In this document: positions 40,328 to 48,945 of the stretch, piece by piece
How positions within the stretch are numbered: position 1 is the stretch's first letter
Layout of the letters: each line of letters opens with the position of its first letter
Origin: an uncultured Coxiellaceae bacterium
Lineage (GTDB): Bacteria; Pseudomonadota; Gammaproteobacteria; DSM-16500
Reading direction: 5' to 3'
DNA: 64,000 bases
Assembly: GCA_964480845.1 (NCBI GenBank)
Contig: CAYZRM010000001.1
Coordinates: 6,402-70,401, forward strand
Notes under the pieces: model-generated
Databases searched by the model: none
Seen by the model: the letters and a program-made list of their open reading frames with translations, nothing else
Told to the model about the DNA's origin: nothing
Translations under genes and position numbers: made by a program

Positions 40328-41973
40328 AAACCATAGGCATTTTTTTAGCTTACGCTCCTGAAGATCAAATTAAAAACCAAGGCATCGGTAGGCTGTTGGG
40401 TTTTTTGTTGTTAGGATTGCTTAAAGATCCAACAAATAAAGTTGTTATTGCAATGCCAGGTTGGTATGTCCAGGAAGTAATAAATTTTTTAAAAGATTTA
40501 GCCATAGATCAAGAAAGAATAGAGCTCATTTCAACACCTGGTTCACCTATTTTTGTAAAAATTAAAAAATTTTTACGGAAAAAGAAAAGCTCTACACAAT
40601 CGCCCCAGCAAGCAAGCGCAAGCGGGGCGCGTCGTTCAACTATGAAAAGATATTTTATTAATCCAGTTGTTACAATGGTCAAGCATTGGGTTTCTGCGCG
40701 CTCATTTCTGGTTTTTATGTTAGGTGCTTGTTTGGTAATGACGGCGACTTTATTAGCCATCCTTTTCTTTGTTCCGCTAGCTGTTATAACCAGCTTAGTT
40801 GTATTAATTGCGTTAGGGGTCTATAGTTTTAAAAAAGCAAGGCCTAGGTTGATGCAATTTTTGCTTACTAAAAAGCATATGCTTCCTATGGGGGGAGCTA
40901 AATCAAGGTTATTGAATGTTAAAAATATATTGGAAGCAGCCAGATATCGATGGCGACAGCGTGGGCAATTAATGTATTCTATTGAGTATAAAAAGCTAGC
41001 TAATAAGGTGAATAAAAGAAAGGATATACACGCATGGTTTATTCCTGCCTTATTTTGGCCTGAGATTAAGCACATAAAGGCAAAAAAAATTGTATCTGTA
41101 CCAGATGTAGTTTTTATTGAATTTCCTACGTTATTTATTGAAGCTGGTTATCGAAGAGATTTTCGTAGCTATGCTGAAACAATTTCAGTTGCTGACAATT
41201 TTATTTGTTACAGTGAATATGTAAAAGAAATGCATCTTATCAATAGTTTTGATATTGACCCTTCACGGATTTCAGTGATTCCTCATGGCGTTGTGCGGTC
41301 TGATGAACATTTTAAAGAGTTAGATCCAAGTAACTGGAGCCAAGAAGCCAAGCAAATTCTTTCTCAATTCCAGAAGAGTTATTTAAAAAATAACCAATAT
41401 TTGAGCAGCTTTGATTTTGGGAATGCCAAATATATTTTTTACTCTTCTCAAAGTAGGCCCTATAAAAATATTTTGAGTTTAGTGAAGGTTTATGAAAGAT
41501 TGCTAAGAGAGAATTTTTTAAATATAAAGCTTATTTTGACTGTTAATTTAGACCACGACAAGGCTCTAAAGGCTTATATTAAAGATAAAGATTTAGAAAA
41601 AGATGTACTTTGTCTACAGAATGTTTCAGCAAGAGTGCTAACTGCATTATATCAACGTGCTATATGTGCTGTTAATCCAACTTTATTTGAGGGGGGGTTC
41701 CCTTTCACATTTACAGAGGCTTATTCAGTCGGCACACCTTCTGTAATGAGCAATATTAATGTTGTCAATCGCCACATTAAAGATAATGAATTGAAAAATG
41801 TAATGTTATTTGATCCCTATGATTTGGATGATATGCTTCAAAAGATTGCTAGTGCTGTTAGGGATCCCGATGCTTTATATAAAATGCAGGCACCTTTATA
41901 CGCTGAATTTGAAAAACGTTCATGGGAGCAGGTAGCCGAAGAATATGCTAATGTGATTAAAAATGTAGCTTAA
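40312..41973 (+). CDS. GT4-family glycosyltransferase with an inserted basic linker and two-TM hairpin
   Basis: C-terminal GT4 motif NPTLFEGGFPFTFTEAYSVGTPSV. Insertion KKFLRKKKSSTQSPQQASASGARRS followed by FLVFMLGACLVMTATLLAILFFVPLAVITSLVVLIALGVYSF. I prefer the ATG at 40312 (GGAG 6 nt upstream). Confidence 0.65.
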   Translation: MEADVKTIGIFLAYAPEDQIKNQGIGRLLGFLLLGLLKDPTNKVVIAMPGWYVQEVINFLKDLAIDQERIELISTPGSPIFVKIKKFLRKKKSSTQSPQQASASGARRSTMKRYFINPVVTMVKHWVSARSFLVFMLGACLVMTATLLAILFFVPLAVITSLVVLIALGVYSFKKARPRLMQFLLTKKHMLPMGGAKSRLLNVKNILEAARYRWRQRGQLMYSIEYKKLANKVNKRKDIHAWFIPALFWPEIKHIKAKKIVSVPDVVFIEFPTLFIEAGYRRDFRSYAETISVADNFICYSEYVKEMHLINSFDIDPSRISVIPHGVVRSDEHFKELDPSNWSQEAKQILSQFQKSYLKNNQYLSSFDFGNAKYIFYSSQSRPYKNILSLVKVYERLLRENFLNIKLILTVNLDHDKALKAYIKDKDLEKDVLCLQNVSARVLTALYQRAICAVNPTLFEGGFPFTFTEAYSVGTPSVMSNINVVNRHIKDNELKNVMLFDPYDLDDMLQKIASAVRDPDALYKMQAPLYAEFEKRSWEQVAEEYANVIKNVA

Positions 41974-41976
41974 TAT

Positions 41977-42570
41977 ATGAATTTAATTATTTATGGTTGT
42001 GGTGGGCATGCAAGAAGCATTGCAGATGTAGCAATAGCTAATGGCTATTCTGAAATTACTTTTTTAGATGACTATGCAAAGCTAGAGGAAAAGATATTTA
42101 ATTTTCCTATACAAAAGGAAATAATTAATAGTCAATTATCAAGTATTGTTGGGCTGGGAGATAATAATAAGCGTAAACATCTGTTTGAACAGCTAGATCA
42201 AAAATTTATCATATCTTTAGTATCAAAAGATGCGTATCTTGGGCAAGAAGCTTGCATTGATAAAGGCACATTTATCGGTCATCAGGCTTATATAGGGCCA
42301 AATGCACAGGTTGGTAAAAATACGATTATTAATACCCGGTCAATCGTTGAACATGATTGCGTAATAGGCGATCATTCACATGTTTCTGTTGGTTCTATTA
42401 TGGCAGGAAAGGCTAAGCTTGGGGATAAGGTATTTTTAGGGGCTGGCGCAATAGTAGTTGATGGTATATCAGTATGTTCAGATGTTGTCATAGGTGCTGG
42501 CGCTGTTGTGACAAAAGATATAGTTGAGTCAGGAATTTACGTTGGTATACCAGCTTGTAAAATTAAATAG
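41977..42570 (+). CDS. NeuD/PglD/PerB-family sugar N-acetyltransferase (left-handed beta-helix)
   Basis: 197 aa. N-terminal Rossmann-like MNLIIYGCGGHARSIADVA, then hexapeptide repeats (IG..A.IGPNA.VG.NT.IN..S.V.HD..IGD.SH.S.G). The context with gmd/per suggests GDP-perosamine N-acetylation. Confidence 0.7.
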   Translation: MNLIIYGCGGHARSIADVAIANGYSEITFLDDYAKLEEKIFNFPIQKEIINSQLSSIVGLGDNNKRKHLFEQLDQKFIISLVSKDAYLGQEACIDKGTFIGHQAYIGPNAQVGKNTIINTRSIVEHDCVIGDHSHVSVGSIMAGKAKLGDKVFLGAGAIVVDGISVCSDVVIGAGAVVTKDIVESGIYVGIPACKIK

Positions 42571-42579
42571 ATCATCAGA

Positions 42580-42996
42580 ATGGCTAATATAATAAAGTTG
42601 ATAAAATCGATTTGTGCTTCTCAACCATTGCGTTTTCTTTTAGTCGGTGGTTTAAATACGCTATTTGGATACGCTGTATTTTCTATTTTCATTAGTTATC
42701 ATTTGCCTTATCAAATAGCAATGTTTTTAGCAACTTGCCTAGGAATATTGTTTAACTTTAAATCGGTGGGATATTTGGTTTTTAATAATAAGAAGAATCA
42801 CTTAATTTTTAAATTTATGCTGGTTTATTTTTTATTATACCTTGTTAATGTTAGCCTAATTTCTTTTCTTTCATTTATTTCACCCAACCTATATTTAAAT
42901 GGAATGATTGCCATTTTAATAACCGCCGTACTTAATTATTTTTTAAGTAAGCGCTTTATTTTTAAAGAAAATGAGTGTAGTTTGGCCCATCATTAA
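42580..42996 (+). CDS. GtrA-family membrane protein (polyprenol-phosphate-sugar flippase-like)
   Basis: 138 aa with 4 TM segments. N-terminal [21 protein letters not shown] and C-terminal [11 protein letters not shown] are typical of GtrA-like proteins. Confidence 0.75.
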   Translation: MANIIKLIKSICASQPLRFLLVGGLNTLFGYAVFSIFISYHLPYQIAMFLATCLGILFNFKSVGYLVFNNKKNHLIFKFMLVYFLLYLVNVSLISFLSFISPNLYLNGMIAILITAVLNYFLSKRFIFKENECSLAHH

Positions 42997-43045
42997 TGCA
43001 GACGCATGTATGTGTATTAGGATAAAAAGGAAAGGAGAATATGCT

Positions 43046-43813
43046 ATGAAGGCAGTTATCTTAGCTGGGGGCTTAGGTACCCGAATCAGTGAAGAAACAA
43101 TTTTAAAACCAAAACCAATGATTGAAATTGGCGGGCGACCTATTCTTTGGCACATAATGAAGCATTATTCTGCTTATGGAATAAATGATTTTATTATTTG
43201 TTTGGGTTACAAAGGGTATGTTATTAAAGAATACTTTATTAACTATTTTCATCACATGTCAGATGTCACCATAGATATTCGAAATAATTCAACTGAAATT
43301 CATCAAAATAATTCTGAGCCTTGGCGTGTAACCTTGGTTGACACTGGCGAGCATTCTATGACGGGTGGTCGATTGAAACGGGTTGCACATCATTTGGGTG
43401 ATGAAGATTTTTGCTTTACGTATGGCGATGGCGTGTCAAATGTTAATATTAATGATCTGATTGATTTCCATAAAAAACAAGGTCGTTTAGCCACATTGAC
43501 AGCTATTAAGCCACCTGCACGTTTTGGTGCTATTAATATTGAGCAAGAAAAAATCACTAGTTTCCAAGAAAAGCCTTACGGCGGAAATGGTTGGGCGAAT
43601 GGTGGCTTTTTTGTTCTTTCCCCTAAGGTAATTGATTATATACAAGACGATCATACTATATGGGAGCGTGATCCGTTGGAGCGTTTAACGGAAGACCATC
43701 AAGTTTCTGCTTATCAGCATGAAGATTTCTGGTATGCAATGGATACGCTGAGAGATAAAAATTATCTTGAGCAATTATGGGAAAGTAAAGAAGCACCTTG
43801 GAAGGTTTGGTAA
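43046..43813 (+). CDS. rfbF: Glucose-1-phosphate cytidylyltransferase
   Basis: Collinear with the remembered Salmonella RfbF: [63 protein letters not shown]...MTGGRLKRV...MDTLRDK.YLE.LW...APWK.W. I prefer the ATG at 43046 (AAAGGAGA Shine-Dalgarno). Confidence 0.92.
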   Translation: MKAVILAGGLGTRISEETILKPKPMIEIGGRPILWHIMKHYSAYGINDFIICLGYKGYVIKEYFINYFHHMSDVTIDIRNNSTEIHQNNSEPWRVTLVDTGEHSMTGGRLKRVAHHLGDEDFCFTYGDGVSNVNINDLIDFHKKQGRLATLTAIKPPARFGAINIEQEKITSFQEKPYGGNGWANGGFFVLSPKVIDYIQDDHTIWERDPLERLTEDHQVSAYQHEDFWYAMDTLRDKNYLEQLWESKEAPWKVW

Positions 43814-44874
43814 TGACCTCAGATTTTTGGAAAAATAAGAAAGTTTTCATAACAGGGCATACAGGCTTTAAGGGCAGCTGGCTATCTTTATGGTTGCAGG
43901 AATTAGGCGCAGAGGTGATAGGCTTTTCTTTAGAGCCATCAACCGCACCTAATCTTTTTACAGTTGCTGCTGTAGAAAAAAACATGAAAAGCTATATCGG
44001 CGATATCCGAGATTTTGATGCATTAAAGCGGGCTATTTCGGATACCAGACCAGACATCATCTTTCACATGGCTGCACAATCATTAGTTCGTTATTCATAC
44101 GATTATCCTATTGATACTTATGCTGTTAATGTGATGGGAACCGTTAATTTATTTGAAGCAGTGAGACAAGTAGGTGGTTGCAAAGCCATTGTCAATATTA
44201 CTTCAGATAAATGTTATGAAAATAAAGAATGGCATTGGGGTTATCGCGAGCATGATGTATTAGGTGGACATGATCCTTACAGTAATAGTAAGGCTTGTGC
44301 AGAACTTGTGACTGCTTCTTTCCGTGATTCATTCTTCAAAGCGCAGGGTTGCGGATTGGCCTCTGTGAGAGCTGGGAATGTAATAGGGGGCGGTGACTGG
44401 GCGTTAGATCGTTTAATTCCAGATTTAATGCGTAGTTTAATAAATGAGAAAGTATTCAGTGTTCGCTATCCACATGCTCTGCGTCCTTGGCAGCATGTAT
44501 TAGAGCCCTTGCATGGTTATTTATTAGTCGCAGAGCAATTATATCAGGCGCCTAGTGTTTATGCCGAAAGCTGGAATTTTGGCCCAGAAGAGAATGATGT
44601 TAAACCGGTTGAATGGATTATCAAGAAAGTTCAACAATTCTGGAAAGCCAATCTTACTTCTCAATATGATGCCAATGCAGTACAACGTCATGAAGCAACT
44701 TACCTTAAGTTAGATAGTTCTAAAGCAAAGAGTAAGCTGGGATGGAAGCCTAACTGGGATTTGGAAAAAGCGTTAGCTCAAACCGTTGATTGGTATCAAG
44801 CATATGCTAGAAAATCAGATATGCATCAGAAAACTTGCGCACAAATTAAAAAATATACTAGTTTACAAGGATAA
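43813..44874 (+). CDS. rfbG: CDP-glucose 4,6-dehydratase
   Basis: FWKNKKVFITGHTGFKGSWLSLWLQELGAEV is the RfbG N-terminus, and YSNSK is the catalytic YxxxK. The ATG at 43813 overlaps the rfbF TAA (TAATG). Confidence 0.9.
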   Translation: MTSDFWKNKKVFITGHTGFKGSWLSLWLQELGAEVIGFSLEPSTAPNLFTVAAVEKNMKSYIGDIRDFDALKRAISDTRPDIIFHMAAQSLVRYSYDYPIDTYAVNVMGTVNLFEAVRQVGGCKAIVNITSDKCYENKEWHWGYREHDVLGGHDPYSNSKACAELVTASFRDSFFKAQGCGLASVRAGNVIGGGDWALDRLIPDLMRSLINEKVFSVRYPHALRPWQHVLEPLHGYLLVAEQLYQAPSVYAESWNFGPEENDVKPVEWIIKKVQQFWKANLTSQYDANAVQRHEATYLKLDSSKAKSKLGWKPNWDLEKALAQTVDWYQAYARKSDMHQKTCAQIKKYTSLQG

Positions 44875-44880
44875 TATGAC

Positions 44881-46101
44881 ATGAGTTCAAATCAACCAAT
44901 AGCTGTCCCTTATGGAAAAACTGTGCATGGTGAAGAAGAAATTGCAGCAGTCGTTAATGTATTGCGTACCTCTACTCAAATGGGTAAGCATGTGCGTGAA
45001 ATGGAAGAGAAGGTAGCTGCTTTATTTAATAAAAAGCATGGCATTATGGTGAATTCTGGATCCTCTGCTAACTACTTAGCAATTGAAATTTTGCAATTAC
45101 CAGCCGGCTCTGAAGTGATTACCCCCGTGCTAACTTTTTCAACCACCGTGGCACCTTTAATTAAAAATAATTTAGTGCCTGTATTTATTGATGTAGAACC
45201 TGATACTTTCAATATTGATGCTGATCAAGTTGAAGCAATGATCACTGATAAAACAAAAGCAATGATGATTCCTAATTTATTAGGTAATTTACCTAACTGG
45301 AAAAAATTAAGAGAAATCGCTGATCGTTATAATTTGTTAGTGATAGAAGATTCTGCTGATACCTTGGGTGCCACCATTGAAAATGAATCTGCAGGTCGCT
45401 TTAGTGATATTAGCACCACCAGTTTCTACGGTTCACATGTGATTAACTGTGGCGGTAATGGCGGTATGTTATGCGTTAACAACGATGAATTAGCGAATCG
45501 TGCTAAATTGTTAAGAAGCTGGGGCCGTAGTTCTTCTTTATTTGTTGAATCTGAAGCGATTGAAAATCGATTCAATGTGCAAGTGGATGGCATGGAATAC
45601 GATGCTAAATTTTTATTTGAAGCATTAGGCTATAATCTTGAGCCATCTGAGATGGGCGCAGCATTTGGTTTAGTCCAGTTATCTAAATTAGACAATAATA
45701 TTGCTTTAAGAGAAAAAGCGTTTAAGCAACACCAAGAATTTTTTAACCAATACCAAGATTGGTTCATATTTTCTAAGCAATTACCAGCATCGAGAACTGG
45801 CTGGTTAGCGTTCCCCCTCATTGTTAAAAATACTGCGCCTTTCTCTAGAAGAGAATTGCAAATTTTCTTAGAGAAAAAGCTAATTCAAACCAGAACCATT
45901 TTTACTGGCAATATTTTACGTCAGCCAGGTTTCAAGCAGGTAGAAAGAAGAGAATCTGCTAACGGATATCCAAATGCAGATCAAGTTATGAAAGGCGGTA
46001 TGTTGATTGGTTGTCATCACGGGTTAACACCTGAAATGATGCAACACATACATCAATCATTCTTAGAGTTTGCTGCTCAATATAGTTCAGCAACAGTTTA
46101 A
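44881..46101 (+). CDS. DegT-fold NDP-4-keto-6-deoxyhexose 3-dehydratase (RfbH/E1/ColD-like; His replaces the PLP Lys)
   Basis: 406 aa. It aligns to the aminotransferase motif SFFGNKT..GEGG as SFYGSHVINCGGNGG, so the Schiff-base Lys is replaced by His, as in the E1/ColD dehydratases. There are only 3 Cys in the whole protein, so it cannot carry a 4-Cys [2Fe-2S] site. Confidence 0.7.
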   Translation: MSSNQPIAVPYGKTVHGEEEIAAVVNVLRTSTQMGKHVREMEEKVAALFNKKHGIMVNSGSSANYLAIEILQLPAGSEVITPVLTFSTTVAPLIKNNLVPVFIDVEPDTFNIDADQVEAMITDKTKAMMIPNLLGNLPNWKKLREIADRYNLLVIEDSADTLGATIENESAGRFSDISTTSFYGSHVINCGGNGGMLCVNNDELANRAKLLRSWGRSSSLFVESEAIENRFNVQVDGMEYDAKFLFEALGYNLEPSEMGAAFGLVQLSKLDNNIALREKAFKQHQEFFNQYQDWFIFSKQLPASRTGWLAFPLIVKNTAPFSRRELQIFLEKKLIQTRTIFTGNILRQPGFKQVERRESANGYPNADQVMKGGMLIGCHHGLTPEMMQHIHQSFLEFAAQYSSATV

Positions 46102-46112
46102 GGGGTGTATTA

Positions 46113-47912
46113 ATGCATAATTCTATTAGCAGTTATAAACATTCAATTAATAATTATTTTTCTTTTTTAAAAGAAACCACGCGTTTAGATGATTTACATA
46201 CTAAATCAATTTTATTACCTAACGACGCAGGTTATCTGTTGCCTGTTTGTGAGTTACATGCAACAGATAAGAATTTGATTAGCAAGTTTGCTAATTGGAG
46301 AAAGGAAAATGGCCAATTTTTCCCATCTCAGTTTCCTGTAACAGATGAAGGCACCACCACCTGGTTACGCAAGAGTGTCTTAGATGTTAAGGATAGAATT
46401 TTATTTTTAGTATTAGATAACCATGGCGAAGTGGTTGGTCATTTAGGATTTGCAAATGGTTTAAATGATCAAGGCGAATTAGAAGTTGATAATGTTGTGC
46501 GTGGCGTGAAACAAAGCCATGCCGGTATTATGCATCTTGCCATGCAAAAATTGATTGATTGGGCTGAAGAATTTATTGCCCCGGAAAAAATATTTTTACG
46601 CGTATTTAGCGATAATCAACATGCCATTAATTTTTATAAAAAACTTAGCTTCAAGGAAGATGGCCTTATTCCTTTAGCTAAGCATGTGGAAGGCGAAGCC
46701 GTATTTTATCGCGCCACTACCAGTGCTGATGAAAAAGTAGCGCAGCATTTTTTACGCATGGTATATGCACCAGCCAGATTAGAAAAAGCTGAGACCTTGA
46801 TTTCAACAGCTGGCCCTTCTATTTCAGCTCGTGAAGTTAGCTACGCAAATGATGCAGCTAGAAATGGCTGGAATGGGAAGTGGAATACTTATATTAAGAA
46901 ATTTGAAGAAACTTTCTGCGATTATATTGGTGTAAAGCATGCATTAACGACCTCTAGTTGCACGGGTGCACTTCACATTGCGCTTGCCGCTCTTGGTATT
47001 GGTCCTGGTGATGAAGTGATAGTGCCTGATATTACCTGGGTAGCAACAGCCAATGCAGTCGTTTACGTGGGTGCAACCCCAGTATTTGCTGATGTCGATT
47101 TAGATAGCTGGTGTATGACGCCTGAATCCTTCGAATCCTTAATTACTGAAAAAACAAAAGCAGTGATTCCTGTGCATTTATACGGCCATCCTGCTCCTAT
47201 TGAAGAAATTGTTAAAATTGCACGTAAGCACGGCTTGTATATCATCGAAGACGCAGCGCCTTCCGTTGGTGCTGAGTGGACGGGCCAGAAAGTAGGTACC
47301 TTTGGTGATTTTGCTGCATTTAGTTTCCAAGGTGCAAAATTAGCAGTCAGTGGTGAAGGCGGTATGCTAGTTACCAATAATGATGAGTTATTTGCGAAAG
47401 CATATGCCATTTGGGATCAGGGCCGCGAACCTAATACTTTCTGGATTAAGCAAAATGGCTTAAAATATAAGATGTCTAATGTCCAAGCAGCTATTGGTTT
47501 AGGGCAGGTAGAAAGAATTGTTGAGCTAATTGAAGCAAAACGTCGAATTTTCTCTTGGTATGCTGAGCATCTACAAGATACGCCGCATATTAAATTAAAT
47601 TATGAAGTGCCAAATGCTTATAGTATTTACTGGATGACTAGTATTATGGTAGATGATAAAAGTGGCATAGGACGTGATCGTTTGCGTGACGCTTTAAAAG
47701 CAAGAAATATAGATACACGTCCTGTATTTCCTGCCATTAGCCAGTATCCTCATTGGCCAAGAGCACAACAGGCACAAGTCAATTCATCTTACATTGGTAA
47801 GCAAGCAATTAACATGCCAAGTGGCGTCTGTCTAAAGCAAAGAGAAGTAGAATATATTTGTCGTTCATTAAAAGAAATTTTAGTGACACAAGATATTTTA
47901 ATTCCTGCTTAA
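46113..47912 (+). CDS. Fusion protein: N-terminal GNAT N-acetyltransferase + C-terminal DegT/ArnB-type sugar aminotransferase
   Basis: 599 aa. The first ~210 aa are GNAT-like (…VVGHLGF…GVKQSHAGIMHLAMQKLIDWAEE…INFYKKLSFKE). The remainder is DegT-like, with FSFQGAKLAVSGEGGMLV (Lys retained) and DTRPVFPAIS. Confidence 0.7.
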   Translation: MHNSISSYKHSINNYFSFLKETTRLDDLHTKSILLPNDAGYLLPVCELHATDKNLISKFANWRKENGQFFPSQFPVTDEGTTTWLRKSVLDVKDRILFLVLDNHGEVVGHLGFANGLNDQGELEVDNVVRGVKQSHAGIMHLAMQKLIDWAEEFIAPEKIFLRVFSDNQHAINFYKKLSFKEDGLIPLAKHVEGEAVFYRATTSADEKVAQHFLRMVYAPARLEKAETLISTAGPSISAREVSYANDAARNGWNGKWNTYIKKFEETFCDYIGVKHALTTSSCTGALHIALAALGIGPGDEVIVPDITWVATANAVVYVGATPVFADVDLDSWCMTPESFESLITEKTKAVIPVHLYGHPAPIEEIVKIARKHGLYIIEDAAPSVGAEWTGQKVGTFGDFAAFSFQGAKLAVSGEGGMLVTNNDELFAKAYAIWDQGREPNTFWIKQNGLKYKMSNVQAAIGLGQVERIVELIEAKRRIFSWYAEHLQDTPHIKLNYEVPNAYSIYWMTSIMVDDKSGIGRDRLRDALKARNIDTRPVFPAISQYPHWPRAQQAQVNSSYIGKQAINMPSGVCLKQREVEYICRSLKEILVTQDILIPA

Positions 47913-47926
47913 CTTCACTCTGTACA

Positions 47927-47954
47927 AAAGGCAAGATGCTCATCTTGTCTTTTG
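47927..47954 (+). terminator. Weak hairpin + T-tract between the GNAT-aminotransferase and GT2 genes (possible sub-operon boundary or attenuator)
   Basis: aaaaggcaaga-tgctca-tcttgtctttt, an AT-rich stem with one G-U pair. Confidence 0.3.
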
Positions 47955-47970
47955 CCTTAATGAGAATAGC

Positions 47971-48945
47971 ATGAAAAAACATATCAGTATCGTAACACCT
48001 TGTTACAATGAAGAGAAAAATGTTGAAGAGATTTATCATCAAGTTAAGATGGTGATGAATGGGTTGCCTCAATATACATATGAACATATCTTCATTGATA
48101 ACGCCTCTATAGATAAAACAGTTAATATTTTACGTCATATGGCAGCTCATGATAAAAACGTAAAAATTATTTGTAATGCTAGAAATTTTGGTCCTGTACG
48201 CTCTCCGTATTATGGTTTATTGCAAGCTAAAGGTGATGCTGTCGTTTGTATTTCAGCGGATTTGCAAGAGCCACCAACCTTAATTAAAGATTTTTTAGAA
48301 AAGTGGGAAGCCGGTTTTAAGGTTGTTGCTGGTACAAAAGCACAGAGCCGTGAGTCTAAGCTAATTTTCTTTTTACGTAAGCTATATTATCGCACCGTTT
48401 CTAAAATTTCAGATGTAAAATTAATTAGAAACTTTCATGGCTTTGGTTTATACGATAAAGCTGTTATTCAAGCGTTTAGAAAAATAGATGATCCTTATCC
48501 ATACCTACGTGGCTTGGTATCAGAAATTGGTTACAAAACCACAGAAGTACCGTATACACAAGAAGAACGTATGCATGGTAAATCGAAAGCGAACATCTTT
48601 GTCTTGTATGACTGGGTTATGTTAGGTATTACCAGTCATAGTAAATTTCCTATCCGACTAACCACGATGGTGGGGTTTAGCCTAGCCTTTTTAAGTTTTT
48701 TAGCTTCTATTGCATTTGTTGTATTAAAGCTAATGTTCTGGTCTAGTTTTAAATTGGGTGTGGCACCGTTATTAATTGGCTTATTTTTCTTTTCATCAAT
48801 ACAATTATTCTTTATTGGCTTATTAGGCGAATACATTATATCGATACATACACGTGTGATGAAAAGACCATTAGTGATAGAAGACGAAAGGGTTAATTTT
48901 GATGAAGCGAATGAAGATAAGCAATTATATTGCCGTGTTTCTTAA
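47971..48945 (+). CDS. GT2 polyprenol-phosphate glycosyltransferase (ArnC/GtrB/DPM1-like)
   Basis: Collinear with the remembered ArnC: ISIVTPCYNEE, IFIDNAS.D.T, SADLQEPP. Two C-terminal TM helices end in GLLGEYIISIHTRV (compare ArnC GLLGEYIGRIYTDV). Confidence 0.85.
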   Translation: MKKHISIVTPCYNEEKNVEEIYHQVKMVMNGLPQYTYEHIFIDNASIDKTVNILRHMAAHDKNVKIICNARNFGPVRSPYYGLLQAKGDAVVCISADLQEPPTLIKDFLEKWEAGFKVVAGTKAQSRESKLIFFLRKLYYRTVSKISDVKLIRNFHGFGLYDKAVIQAFRKIDDPYPYLRGLVSEIGYKTTEVPYTQEERMHGKSKANIFVLYDWVMLGITSHSKFPIRLTTMVGFSLAFLSFLASIAFVVLKLMFWSSFKLGVAPLLIGLFFFSSIQLFFIGLLGEYIISIHTRVMKRPLVIEDERVNFDEANEDKQLYCRVS

